Origin: Seison nebaliae
Taxonomy: Eukaryota
Length of the DNA stretch: 25,812 nt
Reading direction: 5' to 3'
Assembly (NCBI GenBank): GCA_023231475.1
Contig: JALJEE010002622.1
Span: 62,001-87,812 of the forward strand
Shown in pieces: positions 1-13,800 of the stretch. The notes under the pieces are model-generated. The model saw nothing but the letters and a program-made list of their open reading frames with translations. It did not search any database and was not told where the DNA came from. Position numbers and translations under genes: made by a program. How positions within the stretch are numbered: position 1 is the first letter of the stretch; every line of letters starts with the position of its first letter.

Positions 1-2981
1 CTGTCGTATAATGTCGAATATGAATTAAGAGATTATGAATTAGAGAATTCGATCGGAAATGTCGATTGGTAAATAATATTAATTTCGTCAAATATCAACC
101 AAATCTCAATCATTTGTAATTATTTCTCTTGAAGTTTCCTTTAGACTCTTAATTATTTGTTATCATTATTATTCGGATTGATCGTCCGATATTTCCGGTG
201 AATGCAACGGAAATGGATCGATATCATTTTTCGCTTTATGATACTTCTTTCCTCTTTTCCTTCTCCTCCTCGTCTCCTCGTCTCCTCATCGTTGAGTCAC
301 TGAAATTTCGGACAGATCATAAGTTCATTTCTACTCCCAATTCAATCCATTTCATACCGACTCTTCTTACTAGAACAATAGTTCCTTTTTCCATCAATTT
401 CAAAAATAATTTTGAATAATTTCATGCAGTGTTGCTCGAATGAGAGAATGTCCTTCGGCGGTTGACGGAAATTAGGAGAACTGTCACAAATGGGAAAATG
501 TGAGTCAAAATGTGTCACTCTTGAAAATGACAGCAAACAAAATACATCGATTTCTCATTTCCTAATCTGAATCACTCGAAATTGTTGGTTGGAAGGGAGG
601 GTAGGAAGACAGAAGATGTCTTTGATGAGAATGATCCTTGTTCGATGGAAACTTGACAGATGTACAAATAATAAGAGGGGAGAGAAGATTTGCTTTCATT
701 TGACATGTTTCGATTTCGTACGTGAGCAAACACTGATTACAAATAAGTATGATAGTTATTTGGAGAAAGAAATTGTCATTCTTGAGGAGCGATTGTGTTC
801 GACGCACAAAAAGAAACACTGTCAACAAAATCTTTTAGAGACGAAAAGAGGGAGAGATATGCAGATTTAATTGACATCTATCGAACTAGTGATAAATGTG
901 CTCCAGAAATAATTGGACAAGCGACTAATGAATAATTTAGATAAAATTTCTTCTCATTAAAACCCCCCTCGCCACCCGCAACACATCCTTCTCCTCCAAA
1001 TATTTCTTTCTCATTCTTCTCCTCCTCATCACCCTCGACACAAACCACCACAAATTCAACTTCCACATTAGCATAATAAGTGAGATTTATTGTTATTAAC
1101 GGTCGGACGGGAATACTTCCTTTTCTTCATTGATCAAATCAAACATATTTTCCTTCGATTTATAACCATATTTACTTTAGAGCTCATGAATCTCCTCATC
1201 TATCTTATCGTGATTTTTTTTAAATTTTATCAATAATGAAATTTTTTCGTTATCCTTCCATTTTTTTCTAGTATTGGAAAACCCACGTGAAAACGGAGAA
1301 AAGTTAAAGGGAACAATTTCGTCTTCCCAAAAATTTTCAAAAACACAAACAGAGACAAATAATGTGGGAGAGTACGCGAGAACGATATGTTAATATAAAT
1401 TTCATATAAAAGTCGAATGGCTAGTGTTTCCGTTCCGTTTACGAGCTACATTAGTCGTGATTAAAAAAGAACCTTATTTTATTCTTCGTCCCGAATGATG
1501 GAATAAGTAAGCTTTTTATCGGATCCATTAGAAAACTTAATTGTTTTGATAACATCGAAATACAAGATGGTGAAATATTTATTAACAATGGTAAGAGTTT
1601 GACAAGAGACTTTTCCTTAATATTTTCATTAATGATCATATTAGAAGTAGTAGAATATCATCAGGACACATGATTCTCACTTTACAAGATTTCAGAAGAA
1701 TAATAGTAAATTATTCCGTTTTCCCAATTTCCGTCAGTCTCTTCATCATTCAACCATTTCTGTCAATATTACGAGTGAGGATACAAAACATTTTCGTTGA
1801 ATTAGTATGTGTTGCAAATGGTGGAGTGTTCGCGACATATATAGTCGTCTCTACAAACTAGAATTAATTCCGACGATTCAGAATATGTCAAAAAGAAATT
1901 CAGTCAAAAAATTAAATTTTTCTTTTGTAAAGTGGTTGAGACAGTATGATGGATATTAATTGGTAGTCGCGGATAAAACAGTCATCAGACACTTAACATA
2001 GTCACCACACATAAGAACTACGGACAAAAAACCATACCGTATGATATCTAGCCATATGGTATGGGAATTTGTTCTAAGCAATGAAAATTTCCATTAAATT
2101 CTTTTTTGTCCTTCTCATATTCTCTTTAAGATATTTTTAAAAAAAATCCCCTTTTTATGATATTTTCCATTTCTTATTTTTCATATTTCCCTTAAATGGT
2201 ATAAGTATAGTAGAAGAGTCAGAGGTTATTTTCGATATCATCTCTGAATTGTTCAGTCGGCCGATTTTCAGGAATGATAATTGTCGTGTGTTACAAATTG
2301 ACATTGAGGAGGCAAGTGTACCGATTTGGTGTTGAACAAAAGGAAGGAATTCATTTTCTCGAAATAGAAAATGTATCAATTAACCAGAATTCGATTAATT
2401 CACTTCTGGAGACACATTTTAGATCGGACAGTTAATGGCAGGAGGGGGAATGATGACGGAGGGGAATTATTTATTAAATATCATTTCTGACGACGATGAT
2501 AGATGCGAATAATTAGTAGATAAATTCGAAAACGAATCATTCCTACAATTTCGATGACGTTCACAACTATTTCATAGTTCTCAATTCAAATTATGCGTGA
2601 CATTTCATTCACTAATGCCTGGATGCCATTGTTTTTGTTCATTCTATTCTTCGGAATATTAAATGAGAAAATGGGAATAATTGAAGTCGAGATGAATGTC
2701 GGCAATATTTTAATTCCACTTCAAAATTTTATTAACAACCATCATCGACAATTGATCGTAAAACTATAATTATGACATTCACATTTGGAGAGAAAAAGAA
2801 AATCGTTTGATAAGATTGCTGGTTATCAGGTGCTGATTTTAACACCTGTTTATAAATGATAGTATTCAAGCGTAGTTCTTTACGAATGGAAGACTATGGA
2901 ACATTTTCATTATTCTCCTAGAAATTCATTATTTTCACACTCGTCGTTCCCAACTAATTCTCCATGCATCACTTCCATTCC

Positions 2982-3010
2982 TCTTCTTCTTCTTCTTCTT
3001 CTTCTTCTTC
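2982..3010. repeat. (TTC)n trinucleotide microsatellite
   Basis: About 10 perfect TCT/TTC units; explains the poly-Ser ORF at 2964..3146. Confidence 0.9.
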
Positions 3011-6000
3011 ACCGTTCAATTTCATCCCGATGGATGGTGGAAATATTGGGCGTTTGAAACCAAAAAGAAAAGAAAGCCAACAATTTCTTATTCTGTCATT
3101 GATTTCGAGGAGAGGAAGAAGAATTTCTCTGATCTCTTCCCAATGATCACATTTGGTAACGGGACAAATGGTAACCCGAATGGAAAGAGTTTGTGGAGAA
3201 CAATTGTCTGTTACACATATAAAATATATGAATATCTGATATGGATAATAGACATGTTATGAGACAAGTTATTGAGAGATTGAGAGAATGTTTATTGTCC
3301 TCCAAAAACTGTTTATATAGACTTAGAAATTGTGTCGCCCAATCGATGATTAGTTAGGAATGGAGCTGAATTTGTCTGAAAAGAATTGTCAAACTTTCAC
3401 CGACTACATGAAATGATTGTGGAGGTACATTTATAGAGATTCTAATAATGCAACACCGACAGAGATATTAAGGAATTATATATAATTATGTCATTAATAA
3501 TGGAGCATGATAGTGGTGGTGGTGATGGTGATGATGGAGAAGGAGAAGGAGAAGAAATGCAAAGGAACGAATATTATGATTATTTCCTGTTGAATCAACA
3601 AACTAAACATTTGTTTAGCGCCAATTATTCAGTTAAATTTCATGTTGTAAATATATATCGCTCCAGTTCCTTACAAGTTCGAAGGAATGAGAAGAAAACA
3701 CTATAATTTTAGATATTTGCACCAGGTTGCTCCGATATTTTTAATGTCAATAATCATTCTTCCTGTTCGTATCGGCGATGGAGAAAGGAGGGAGGAAGGT
3801 ACGAAGGAAATTTATTTATTCATCATTTTCTAGCTAGCCAATCCATAAAATAGAGAAAATTGTGTCCTTGCTGTCTAATCATAAAATCTTGGAAAGTTCC
3901 GATTGCCTGAGTTGGTGAGAGGGAATAGTGCCATTCATTTTCATAAGATTTTATCAGAGAATATGATGATTGGAAAGGCGACTGCTCCCCAACAAATTAA
4001 CTGATCCAATTTGTTGATTAGATGGCAATGTGTGTTTCCCAAACTAACATCTGCTTACAATCAATTATCGTGTTTATCGCACAGGAGAAAAAAAGAAGAG
4101 AATAATTTCTAGATATCTTCCAACAATTTATCGATCTAATTTATTCAAGAAAACTTTAATCAAGATAACAATGTTTACATTAGTTTCTGTCCAATTTATC
4201 CGTTTCTATCCCTCCCAATCTATCCCTCCATCAACTTTTTAGTTGATCCGATAAACATTATCGACAATATCCAAATCACTGAAATGAGCAGTAATTGCAA
4301 GTGAATCCTCTCCATCTTTCCATTTAATTCCTTCCAAACTCCTTCGTCCTTCGAACCTTTTTTGATGATGTTTTATTCCGAGATGTGCATCGTCTTCCTT
4401 TCGTCATCGTTAATCGTAACTCTAACGATCATTATGGTTCGGATAGACTTTCCCAAGCCAGCACTCCGTCTTCATGTTCATTATCTTATGACGAAGGTGA
4501 ATATGAGGAAAAATAGACGAATTACACTCTCACTCCTACTGAATCATAAGCGAATTAGTTTGTGATGATTATAAATAATTACAAGTTGCTAACAACCATG
4601 TTCCATATAGTTTCCATGTTGTAAACTGCATATCCTTTTTTTATTGGTGTTAAATTTCACTTAATATCAAATCTTTTCTCAAAAAATAAAGCGCCCAAAT
4701 CACCCTTCAGTATCATCAATTCCTTATCAAACCATATTTCCTATACACGTCAGATTTGCACTCTCCATCATCATCATTTTATGCACATACATATGTGCAC
4801 ATATTGGAAAGATCGTCCACTTAGAGCGTGGAGAAATCTAAATTGTTTGAAAATATCGAAAATGAATAAAATTGATGGAAATCATCATATAAAATTAAAT
4901 TTCGATTTTTAATTTATCATTCCATCCATCTAATGATGATAGGCTTCGGAAAATAGATTTTTTATTATTCGTCTTCAAATTTCCAATTTCTATTAAATCA
5001 AATTCGGAGAAAAAGAAAAGAAAATCTCTCCAGTCGGTTTATTTCGACGATTCCAGTTTGTCATTTATATTTCCTTTCTTCCTCATCTTCCCCCGATTGC
5101 TGCCATTCGATGAAAACACCTGAAATGTTAATTCACTTTCCATTAAAATCGGGAGAGTATTGTTATTCTAATCAGCCTCTTCCATTTCATCCGATACGAT
5201 AATATCGAATTCAACTCTCTAAACATTTCCCTTTGTAATCCAGATTATCAATTATTCAGTTCTTTTATTTCACATTCTACTTTCTCTTCCAACTATTCCG
5301 TGTCCTCCGGTCCCCCCATCTTTCGACGACAATTCGAATTGGAAGACAATCACGATGCTCCGTTCGATTGGAGGGAGAGAGAGAGAGAAAGAGAGAGGAA
5401 AGCTAAATGGAATTATGACGATAAATCAGAGGAAGATTATTAAAACTTCATTCCATCGAAAATTTGGAGAGACATCAGTTTCAGTGGTCTGCCAACTGTC
5501 GTTATGTAGTCCCATTAGTGATAGTTCATCGAAAATCGACTTTATCCCAAATGAAAATCTCTTCTCGCAAACCGTTTTTTTTTTCTTTTTAATATCGCGA
5601 CTTTTATATTTACTTCTATCTGGCTGCTGGATGTGTAGCTTGGAAGGAAACGTTTCTTCTTTCGTATAGATGAGAAACAGAAATAATACTTCAAATGAAG
5701 AAATGTGGAAAGGGGAGAGAGTAACATCTCCCTCTCACCATTCGACGCAACTTTCTCCCAATCCCACTCCACCATCAAAAATATATGTAGTGTTTATAAA
5801 CACTAGTGACGATGAAAGTGAGAACAGACCCAACAAAAATTTTCTTCGAAAGCAACATATTTCATAATATAGAGAGTTCGATAAAAAAAAGAATTGATTG
5901 TTATTAAAAAAGAAATGTTTAGTACTACCGCTTAGAGAATTGATCAGTAACGGTAGATTCGTTTCACATTCGTTCCCACGTCGTCTTAATAAATCAATCC

Positions 6001-6071
6001 TTTCCAATTATGCGGTCCAACTCTTAACAAAATGAATTCCATCAAATATATCAAATATGAATGATATATTA

Positions 6072-6231
6072 GGGAGAAGGACATAAGAGCCACGAGACAA
6101 AAGAGCCACGGCACAAAAAAGCCACGACACAAAAGAGCCACGGCACAAAAGAGCCACGGCACAAAAGAGCCATGGACAAAAGAGCCATGGAGAAAGGCTC
6201 TTTTGTCTCGTGGCTCTTATGTCCTAAACTC
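6072..6231. mobile_element. 160-bp MITE, Mutator/Foldback-like non-autonomous DNA transposon
   Basis: Perfect 9-bp direct repeat GATATATTA at 6063-6071 and 6232-6240 (TSD). Perfect 30-bp inverted repeat AGGACATAAGAGCCACGAGACAAAAGAGCC at 6078-6107 and 6196-6225. Element ends G...C. Interior is 7 tandem 15-16-bp units (ACAAAAGAGCCACGGC-like). A 9-bp TSD with G..C ends is typical of the Mutator superfamily. Confidence 0.85.
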
Positions 6232-6253
6232 GATATATTATATTATAGTACGT

Positions 6254-6277
6254 ATGATGATGATGATGATGATGATG
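6254..6277. repeat. (ATG)8 microsatellite
   Basis: Eight perfect ATG units. Confidence 0.9.
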
Positions 6278-7098
6278 TTTGGATGGAACAAACTAAATAG
6301 ATTTCCACTTATAACAACTACTGTAATTTATTAGGAGATTAGACGATTTTATGAATAGGATAGTCTTGGCAGTTTCCTCCTCAAATCGTGTTCGTTCCCC
6401 GAGAAACACACACATTTCTCCACATTGCGCCCACTCCCAATTGAATATGGTTAAAAGGATAAATAATTTCGAATATAATTTCTTTTGCCAACTTAATTTC
6501 CAATAACATTTCTAGGGTAGGCAATCGATTAATTCGCATAAGACAAGAGTCTCAGAGACTCAGTCTCTCCTCCTATGTAGTAGAATTGTTTAATAATGGA
6601 ACAATAACACTCCAGAAATGGGATTCCTCCTCAATTTAAATAACCGATGAAAATTAGTCCGATATTATTCCGATATATTTTCCCACTTCTAGAGACTGCT
6701 TTCTTAGTTCATTTTCTTCATTTTTTCTAGATATATCATCAAATTCAAAAACGTATAATTCCAATGAATATTTAGTGATCGCACCCAAATATTTATGGGA
6801 CAGCCGTGAAAAAATTTCATTTAATTCTCTTATTTTTTTCTTCCATTTTTTTTCCAAAAAAATTATTATTAATTATATTCTCGCAACATAGATCAGGCAA
6901 CGATCTATAATCATGGAAATTGAATGTTCGGTTCATTTTCAACCGTATGCACTCTCCATCATTAGAGTTCAATATATCATGGCTTATCTTAATTGGGAAA
7001 TAACGAGATAATTACTTTTATCGAGCAAATTACGAAGTGACAGTACAACTTTGAGTTCACCACTCCCCAAATCGTTTTAGTATAAATGGAATAATGAA

Positions 7099-7292
7099 TG
7101 GTGCTATTCGAATGAAGAGGGACAATAAAATTTTTTCAGGAAAAAAATTGTAATTTCTGATTAATGGAAATCATTTATTCCAGAAAATCCGTCGATTCTA
7201 TTCCAAATAATAAAAACGAGATAAAAGCAGAATTAACAGTTTTTTTCCTGAAAATATTTTTTTCCTTATTCCTCTTCTTTCGCACAGCACTA
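7099..7292. mobile_element. 194-bp MITE, probably hAT-type non-autonomous DNA transposon
   Basis: Perfect 8-bp direct repeat ATAATGAA at 7091-7098 and 7293-7300. Imperfect ~60-bp terminal inverted repeats: left TGGTGCTATTCGAATGAAGAGG...TTTTCAGGAAAAAAATTG, reverse complement of right end TAGTGCTGTGCGAAAGAAGAGG...TTTTCAGGAAAAAAAACTG. An 8-bp TSD and a TAG-like terminus fit hAT; the superfamily call is inference. Confidence 0.75.
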
Positions 7293-7838
7293 ATAATGAA
7301 CTGTTAATTCCCTGATAAAAGATATTAGTTTGAATTTTGAATAAAATTTCATCATTGGGAAGGAATGGTCGTCATGGTGACGATGAACAAATATGGAGCC
7401 ATTTCTGTGTGATGATGTTAATGACAGAATGACTCACTAGTGTTTCCATTCTTTCATTTTTTTGGGTTTTATTTTCGGAGTATTGTGTGATGAAATAAAA
7501 TTTTATTATTCCATGATGGAATCAATAAAACTTCCATTTTCTTCCATAGCCGATTCAGCGAATTGATCAAACAGACGAATTTTTGTATATGTTCTCCCCT
7601 TTGATTTCCAATTCGCCTAATTTCTTTTCTCCATCAATATTAAATGGTAGAATTACAGTGAGTAGAGAAAGAGGAGAGAACGAATCGGGAATTGATGGAA
7701 AAAGGACATGAACATGACGATGGCAAATCGGTTCATGTGTTGTCTGTCATTACATCGGGAAAAGGAAAGGAAAATCGACAGAAAGGAGAGAGCATCGCCA
7801 TTATACCTGTTCAATACACTTCGTCCATACATCATCAT

Positions 7839-7882
7839 CACACACACACACACACACGCACACACACACAGACACACACACA
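7839..7882. repeat. imperfect (CA)n microsatellite
   Basis: About 22 CA units with two interruptions; source of the HTHTHT/VCVCVC ORFs at 7653-7953. Confidence 0.9.
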
Positions 7883-10800
7883 AAGTCTTTTCTCTTCTTT
7901 CACTTCCATCGCTGCCATGTCGAGCTCTATTCACATCGTTTGACCGTATGTAGGGAGGGAGGAGGTAGAGGTCGGAACGAGTGATCGTGGGATATAGGAG
8001 TTTCAGATAGGAATGATTGACGGAATTAAATAGAAATATAAAAACATTGTGTGTTGTTCCAAATGAAATTCCCTATTCTCCTGCCTGCCGCTGTCGGCGA
8101 AGGAAAATAACGAAAATGAGAGGAAAGATTAATTTATTATTGTTTGTTCATCAACGACTTATAGTTTCGCGTTCGTCTTTCTCCTACTAGACCGTATGAG
8201 CCTGTATACATATGCCATTGTGTATGTGTATATTAATATCATATTAAGTTTTTTTCTTCTTTCTGGAGAATGTATAGTGTTGGAAAAATTCAGTAATCAT
8301 TTTCATTTTTATCCTTTTCTTCTTTTTCTCATCACATGAAAACGAAAAGAAGAAATTGAAAAGCATTCCGGTCCTTTCCCATTCCCCGGTTGTTTTGGGC
8401 TGGTGGATTACTAATATTCGTCTCTCCTACCCTCCTCCAACAGGCATTCACCGAACTGTTTCGGGATTGGACGAATTCCCTAGTTAAATTTGGCATAATT
8501 CAAAACCGAATAATCATCCACACACCAACCGTCCCACCTACCACCCATTCCATTCAAACCAATGATATTAGGAATTTGGTGTTTAAATGCCGAACACCAT
8601 CAGACGCTACCACCAATACCGAGTACTTGTAACTTGTAGCTTGTAGTAGTAGTAATAGTAGTAGTAATAGTGAGAGATGTTTAGTGTAGATGTTTTTAGA
8701 AGGAATGTTCGCAAGAATGGAAGAAGGGACGAAAATGTTAGCACTGGCAATTAAGGCGAAGTGAGACAGTCCCTTTTCTACTAGTGTTTTCTCCTCCTCA
8801 TACACATTGGTGATGTTGATGTCATAAAATATTGGACAGGAGAATGAATGAGAATTTCGCGAGAGAAGAAATGATACATTTGATAATAAATGAATAAACA
8901 GACAGAACGAACAGAATAAGATAGACAGATGCATCATTAGCGGAATTCATATTCGTAGAAGATATTGAAGATGTCATATGCATATTTCAAATAATATTAA
9001 TATGAGAATGGGAGAATCAACACGATATTCATATCACTTAAGCAAACAGATGAAAACGAATGTATTCATACATCCATTTCTACGTGCTTATCGATTTCTT
9101 CCTTCTACTCTCGTTCGATAAGCGAATATGTGCAAGTGTATTCCTTTTATCTATCTTATTCCCATCCAATCTTTTCTTCGTTTGGTCTGTTGACAGAATT
9201 GTCTAATCGAATATCGAAAGAAATATGAATTCGACTATTCCCTTTCACAGATATATGTTGCTAATTCCATTGTTCCTCAACCAAATTACATCTATCTGTA
9301 TATCCATCTCATCTAATCATTCCCCTATCCTCAATATCAGTCATTCGTCTTTTGTCCTGTTCCACTCGATGGGGAGGGCAGAGGGCCGACCGAGTGGTTA
9401 CTCAAACAATTTATAAGAAACCATTCCTCCTCACCAAACGATACTCTCATTTTATTTCCTATGAATTAATCTTCCATCAACAATTTTTATTTTCTTCAAA
9501 CTTCCAAAGTAACACATTAACCATTTCTCCCAATTTCATTCCCTTCTAATCATTTATCTCCATTTCCCCTCTTCCACCCTCAACCACCAAATTTTTTCAA
9601 TTCAAAATCATTTCTCCATTTAATGACGATATTGATGATGGAGAGAAAATTGGTGAGAATTGTAAAGCTTCTAAATGATTCATGCATTTATTGAGAAGAT
9701 AAGAGGAGTGATGTCCTTTCCATCACGATGACAACAATAAAAAACTGATTTATCATACAATATTGTTCGGAGTACGGAGGCGATAATAAACATTCGTACA
9801 ATTTCTCTTATTCACCTTTGGTTGATGACTATCATCTTTTCCTCTCATACATTCCACAAGTCGGACTACGTCGGCAAAGGAAATATTAAACGGAAGTGAA
9901 GTAGGAAAATTTCGTTATTCCTTTCATCAACCTATCCGTCCGAAACTTGCCCATAATGTTTAATTGGAATAACCTAATTTTTAACTAATGCTCTCTCCCT
10001 CTCCCTTCTCCACTCCACTTGTGACATGTTGTCCGGACTAATAACTTGGCTTATGTTAACATTTATCGGACATTACGACGAACCTGCACCAAACGGAACA
10101 GACGATGACTAAACTACACTAAGTCGCACACAAACGAAGAGAGTGAGTGTGTATGATAAGAATTTGTGCTGGCACTTCTTGCAGCGCCAAGAGCCGGCGA
10201 CATACTCCCCATTAATCTATTATTCTATGCACACATAATTGATGATGTTCACCAAACATTCATGACACATTCACTCAAATTTTCACCTTGCTCATTGTTC
10301 GAATAGTTTTTTATTAGAAAGTTTTTTCTCCAATTCCTCGCGGAGTACAAATGGATGATACTGAATTGTAACGCGTCACAACTACTTACAAGTAGGAAGT
10401 ATATAATTTTCTCATATATATTGTGCGGGGTGACAGATCGTATGGTAAATTGAATTTTCGAAAGTAATTGAATTCTCCTTATATGTGTATATTATCCATC
10501 TTTCAACCGTCTTTCATTTCCTTCATCGGAGAGATGGAGGTTGTGATGGAGATGATAACCATAATCGTTTGAAGAGAGAGACGAGTGGGAAGTGGACAGG
10601 GATGTTGGGATGAGAATGCACATTCCCTTCTCTATAATGGCCCTTCTTCCACTCACCTCAACGACCAAATCTACATGTTTTTAGTGGTTCTTTATAGCAA
10701 GAACTGGGAACAACACCTTTCGATGAGTTGAAGAGGAAAAAATGGGGAAATGGAGGAGAAATGATGGATAGATAAAATAATAAATAAATATATATATATA

Positions 10801-13800
10801 TATTCCAATAATTCGATATGTGTATGGAAGAGAAGAAGAATAATATATGAATTATTTCAATTACTCACCGAGGAGATTTCTCTTTATAATAAATTTTTGA
10901 AAAAAAATTCGCCCAAAAAATATTTATGCGTTTCGCTTTCAAATCTCCTAATCTGTTTTCTCTTCTCTCTCTTCCAATTATCTCCGATATCTCGCTCTGT
11001 TACTTCTACGAGTCTCCTAATTTCATTTCGGAAATCACGTGTGTTAATGAAGATTCTCGAAAGAAATTTCTTTTCTTTATGTGAAAAATTGTTGGTTGTG
11101 TTTCAGTCGTCGTCTCTCATATCGTCGTCGTCTTGCTACATGCCATCATTTTTCTCTCCGTCCGCGAAAGCGACGATGAAATTTGTTCAGTCTTCTTCGA
11201 GGGCCAATATAGACAAATGGTAAACAGTTTCCCCAGTTCGCTTTCACTAACGCGAGAGAAAGAAAGACGAATAATTATAATTAAGCAAAGTAAATAATTT
11301 CGTCTTCACTCCTCGCTGACATGATGGGAGAGAGGCACATACAGTCCGTCCGACGTAGCATAGGTGGATGTGTTTAAAAATTTTTTTTAGTCAACTCTCA
11401 ATCACATACACATAGTTAGGTATACATACATATCTCCAGTATACACCTAGGTACCTCGAGAAGTAAGCTTAACCAGTACCTACACACATACACACGCACA
11501 TACGCACACAAACACATACAGACATCCTTTTATCATGTTGTAGGGAGAATGTAAGGAGTATATATACCTTGAACAAATGTTGTATACACATCTCTATGTT
11601 ATCTATTTAGGAACTTGATCATCAAAACTGAAGAATACATTTTTGATAATCATTTTATGAACACATCCCGACGAAACAGATCATTTAACCTAATAAAAAT
11701 TTGGGAGAAATTTAAACATAATTTAATGATCATTATCGATCGGGAGTGGGACGGAAGAGCAGCACCGGTCAAATCTACTAATCGAACCGTTCTCGTGTGC
11801 TCCACATTCTTAACAAAATTTTCTACTTCCTTCAATGATGGTTATTGCATGGTTAATAAGAAGGTTCGTGTGAGAGTTGCATCATCAAGTATGTCGTCAA
11901 TGATTCAAGTAATGATATATGTCTCCTTCTCCGATAGTGTTGGTGGTGATGGTGGTGTTGTCTCAACTACAGATATTTTAATAATATCATATTATTAATT
12001 GTGCACCAGTCCATCCCCACCATTCTTCAGAGAATCATTTTTCTAGTTGTTTGTTAATTACTGCGATAAGTAACGGGTATTTATAATTGGAAATTTATTA
12101 GTTGGCCAAACTCATAAAAAAAGAAGAAGAGAAAGAAAATTACGTTTTTTAACTGCGCAACCTAAACAGTTTTAAGTTATTTACATTTGTGTGATATGGA
12201 AATTTATCTTCTTATTTGTCTTTACACAATCCTTCATTTTTATGTCCTCACCACTTCTCTCTCTCTCTCTTTCTCTCGGAAGAGAAACGATTCGGCAACT
12301 AAATGATGTGATGTAAGATGAATTCTCCATTTCATTTTCTTGTTCGTGATCTGCCTCTTAATTGGAGTGGGCAGTGAGTGAGTGAGAGCGGGGGGAATAG
12401 CATCTCGGGGATTGTGTTCAGGAGAATGTCAAGAATTGATGAGATAAGACAGATTGGGAGAGGAGTGAAAGCTTCAACATTGAAATCAAACTGAATTGCC
12501 CTACTTCACTCGGGAAGTAAAGGTCATTGATGAGATGACGTGTCCTCGCACCACCATTCCGAGAGAAGTAGACTACGTAAGAAAAAACTGTTAGTTTGAT
12601 TTGACTAATTATGATATTAATTCGATTATCTTCAATTCTTTTTCAATTTCAAATATTTTTTCAAGTCTTTTTGTGCATATGAACACTTCGATGACTTCTC
12701 TCCCAATCATCATCATCATCGTCTCTCTTTACCTTTATAATTTATTCAAATTTGAATTTTATCGTTCAATCATTCTTTCTTCAACACATCATTCGCTTTG
12801 TCTTCCAAGTTCACATTCTTCGGGGGCTAATGATAAATGGCTTCACCATTTCGAACTACACCTGCTCTCATTTCCAATTATGTTGTCGTCGAACGAACTT
12901 GTCGGGTTTGAGCAAGCACAATATGAGACTATTTATCACTTTTCTCAATAATATTCATCGAATTATCTTCTGTTTACAATGAAAGTAAGACATCGATAAT
13001 GGAGAGTATGTAATGATGATGGTGATGATGATGGAGAATATGTGTGAATTTCTATCGGACTTATTTTCAGTTAAGACATGAGTTACTTCTCAACTCATTC
13101 ATTTAGATCAATGGACTCATGAAGTAGTTGTAAGATAGTCAAACACAATTTTTCTCCTTCATCAAAATTAACACCAACTTTTTCGTTGATAGAACTAGTG
13201 TTATTGTTATAGTGATGGTAAATTGTTACTCTCCTAACGGTTCACAGATGAGGGCTTCACAGACGACTACCCTTAATGTATGATATAACGATCATGTTCG
13301 AAGTAACTGTTATTGTGATGTGTTTTCCTTCACATACTTAACCGATGAAATTACATGTTTCTTTCCTATATCCTTTCTACCACCCATTCCCCCCCATCAT
13401 CTCCATATGTGTATCGTCGTCGAACTTTCGTATTTATATGTGTGCGGTACGGAGACTATATACACCGTAATACGAAAAAAAAACATATATTGTGTGTGTG
13501 TTTTTTTTTGTGTGTATGTGTGTGTAGTACGAGCGTAAGTTTTACAAGTAAGTTTTAGTCAAACTTATCATAAGATGGGAATGGAGGAGGGAAGGAAGTA
13601 GCAGAGTATCCATTGGCTGGTACTACTATTGGTCGATGCTCCTTAAAACAGTTATGAGATAACTCTTGGAAAAATGTGTAAGAAATTATTGAATATTATT
13701 GGGAAAGAATAACATTAGAATGTTTCAGCAGTTGGACTGTGAGAAGATGGACTGATTTATACAAATTGCCAATAAATTTGGTAAGGTGTCTGTATTATTA

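Noticed and set aside
2827..2848. Inverted E-box pair CAGGTG...CACCTG
   Set aside because: Two 6-mers with no known nearby transcription start; not distinguishable from chance.
4782..4799. Short palindromes (TGCACATA..TATGTGCA; GAGTCTC-A-GAGACTC near 6547-6561)
   Set aside because: 7-8-bp stems are expected by chance in 25 kb; no supporting context.
6039..6063. Minus-strand resemblance to miR-190 (TTTGATATATTTG)
   Set aside because: The seed region does not match and there is no partner arm; low-complexity AT sequence.
6081..6190. Short regularly spaced repeats resembling a CRISPR array
   Set aside because: Units are directly tandem with no unique spacers, lie inside TIRs and a TSD, and the DNA is eukaryotic with no cas genes.
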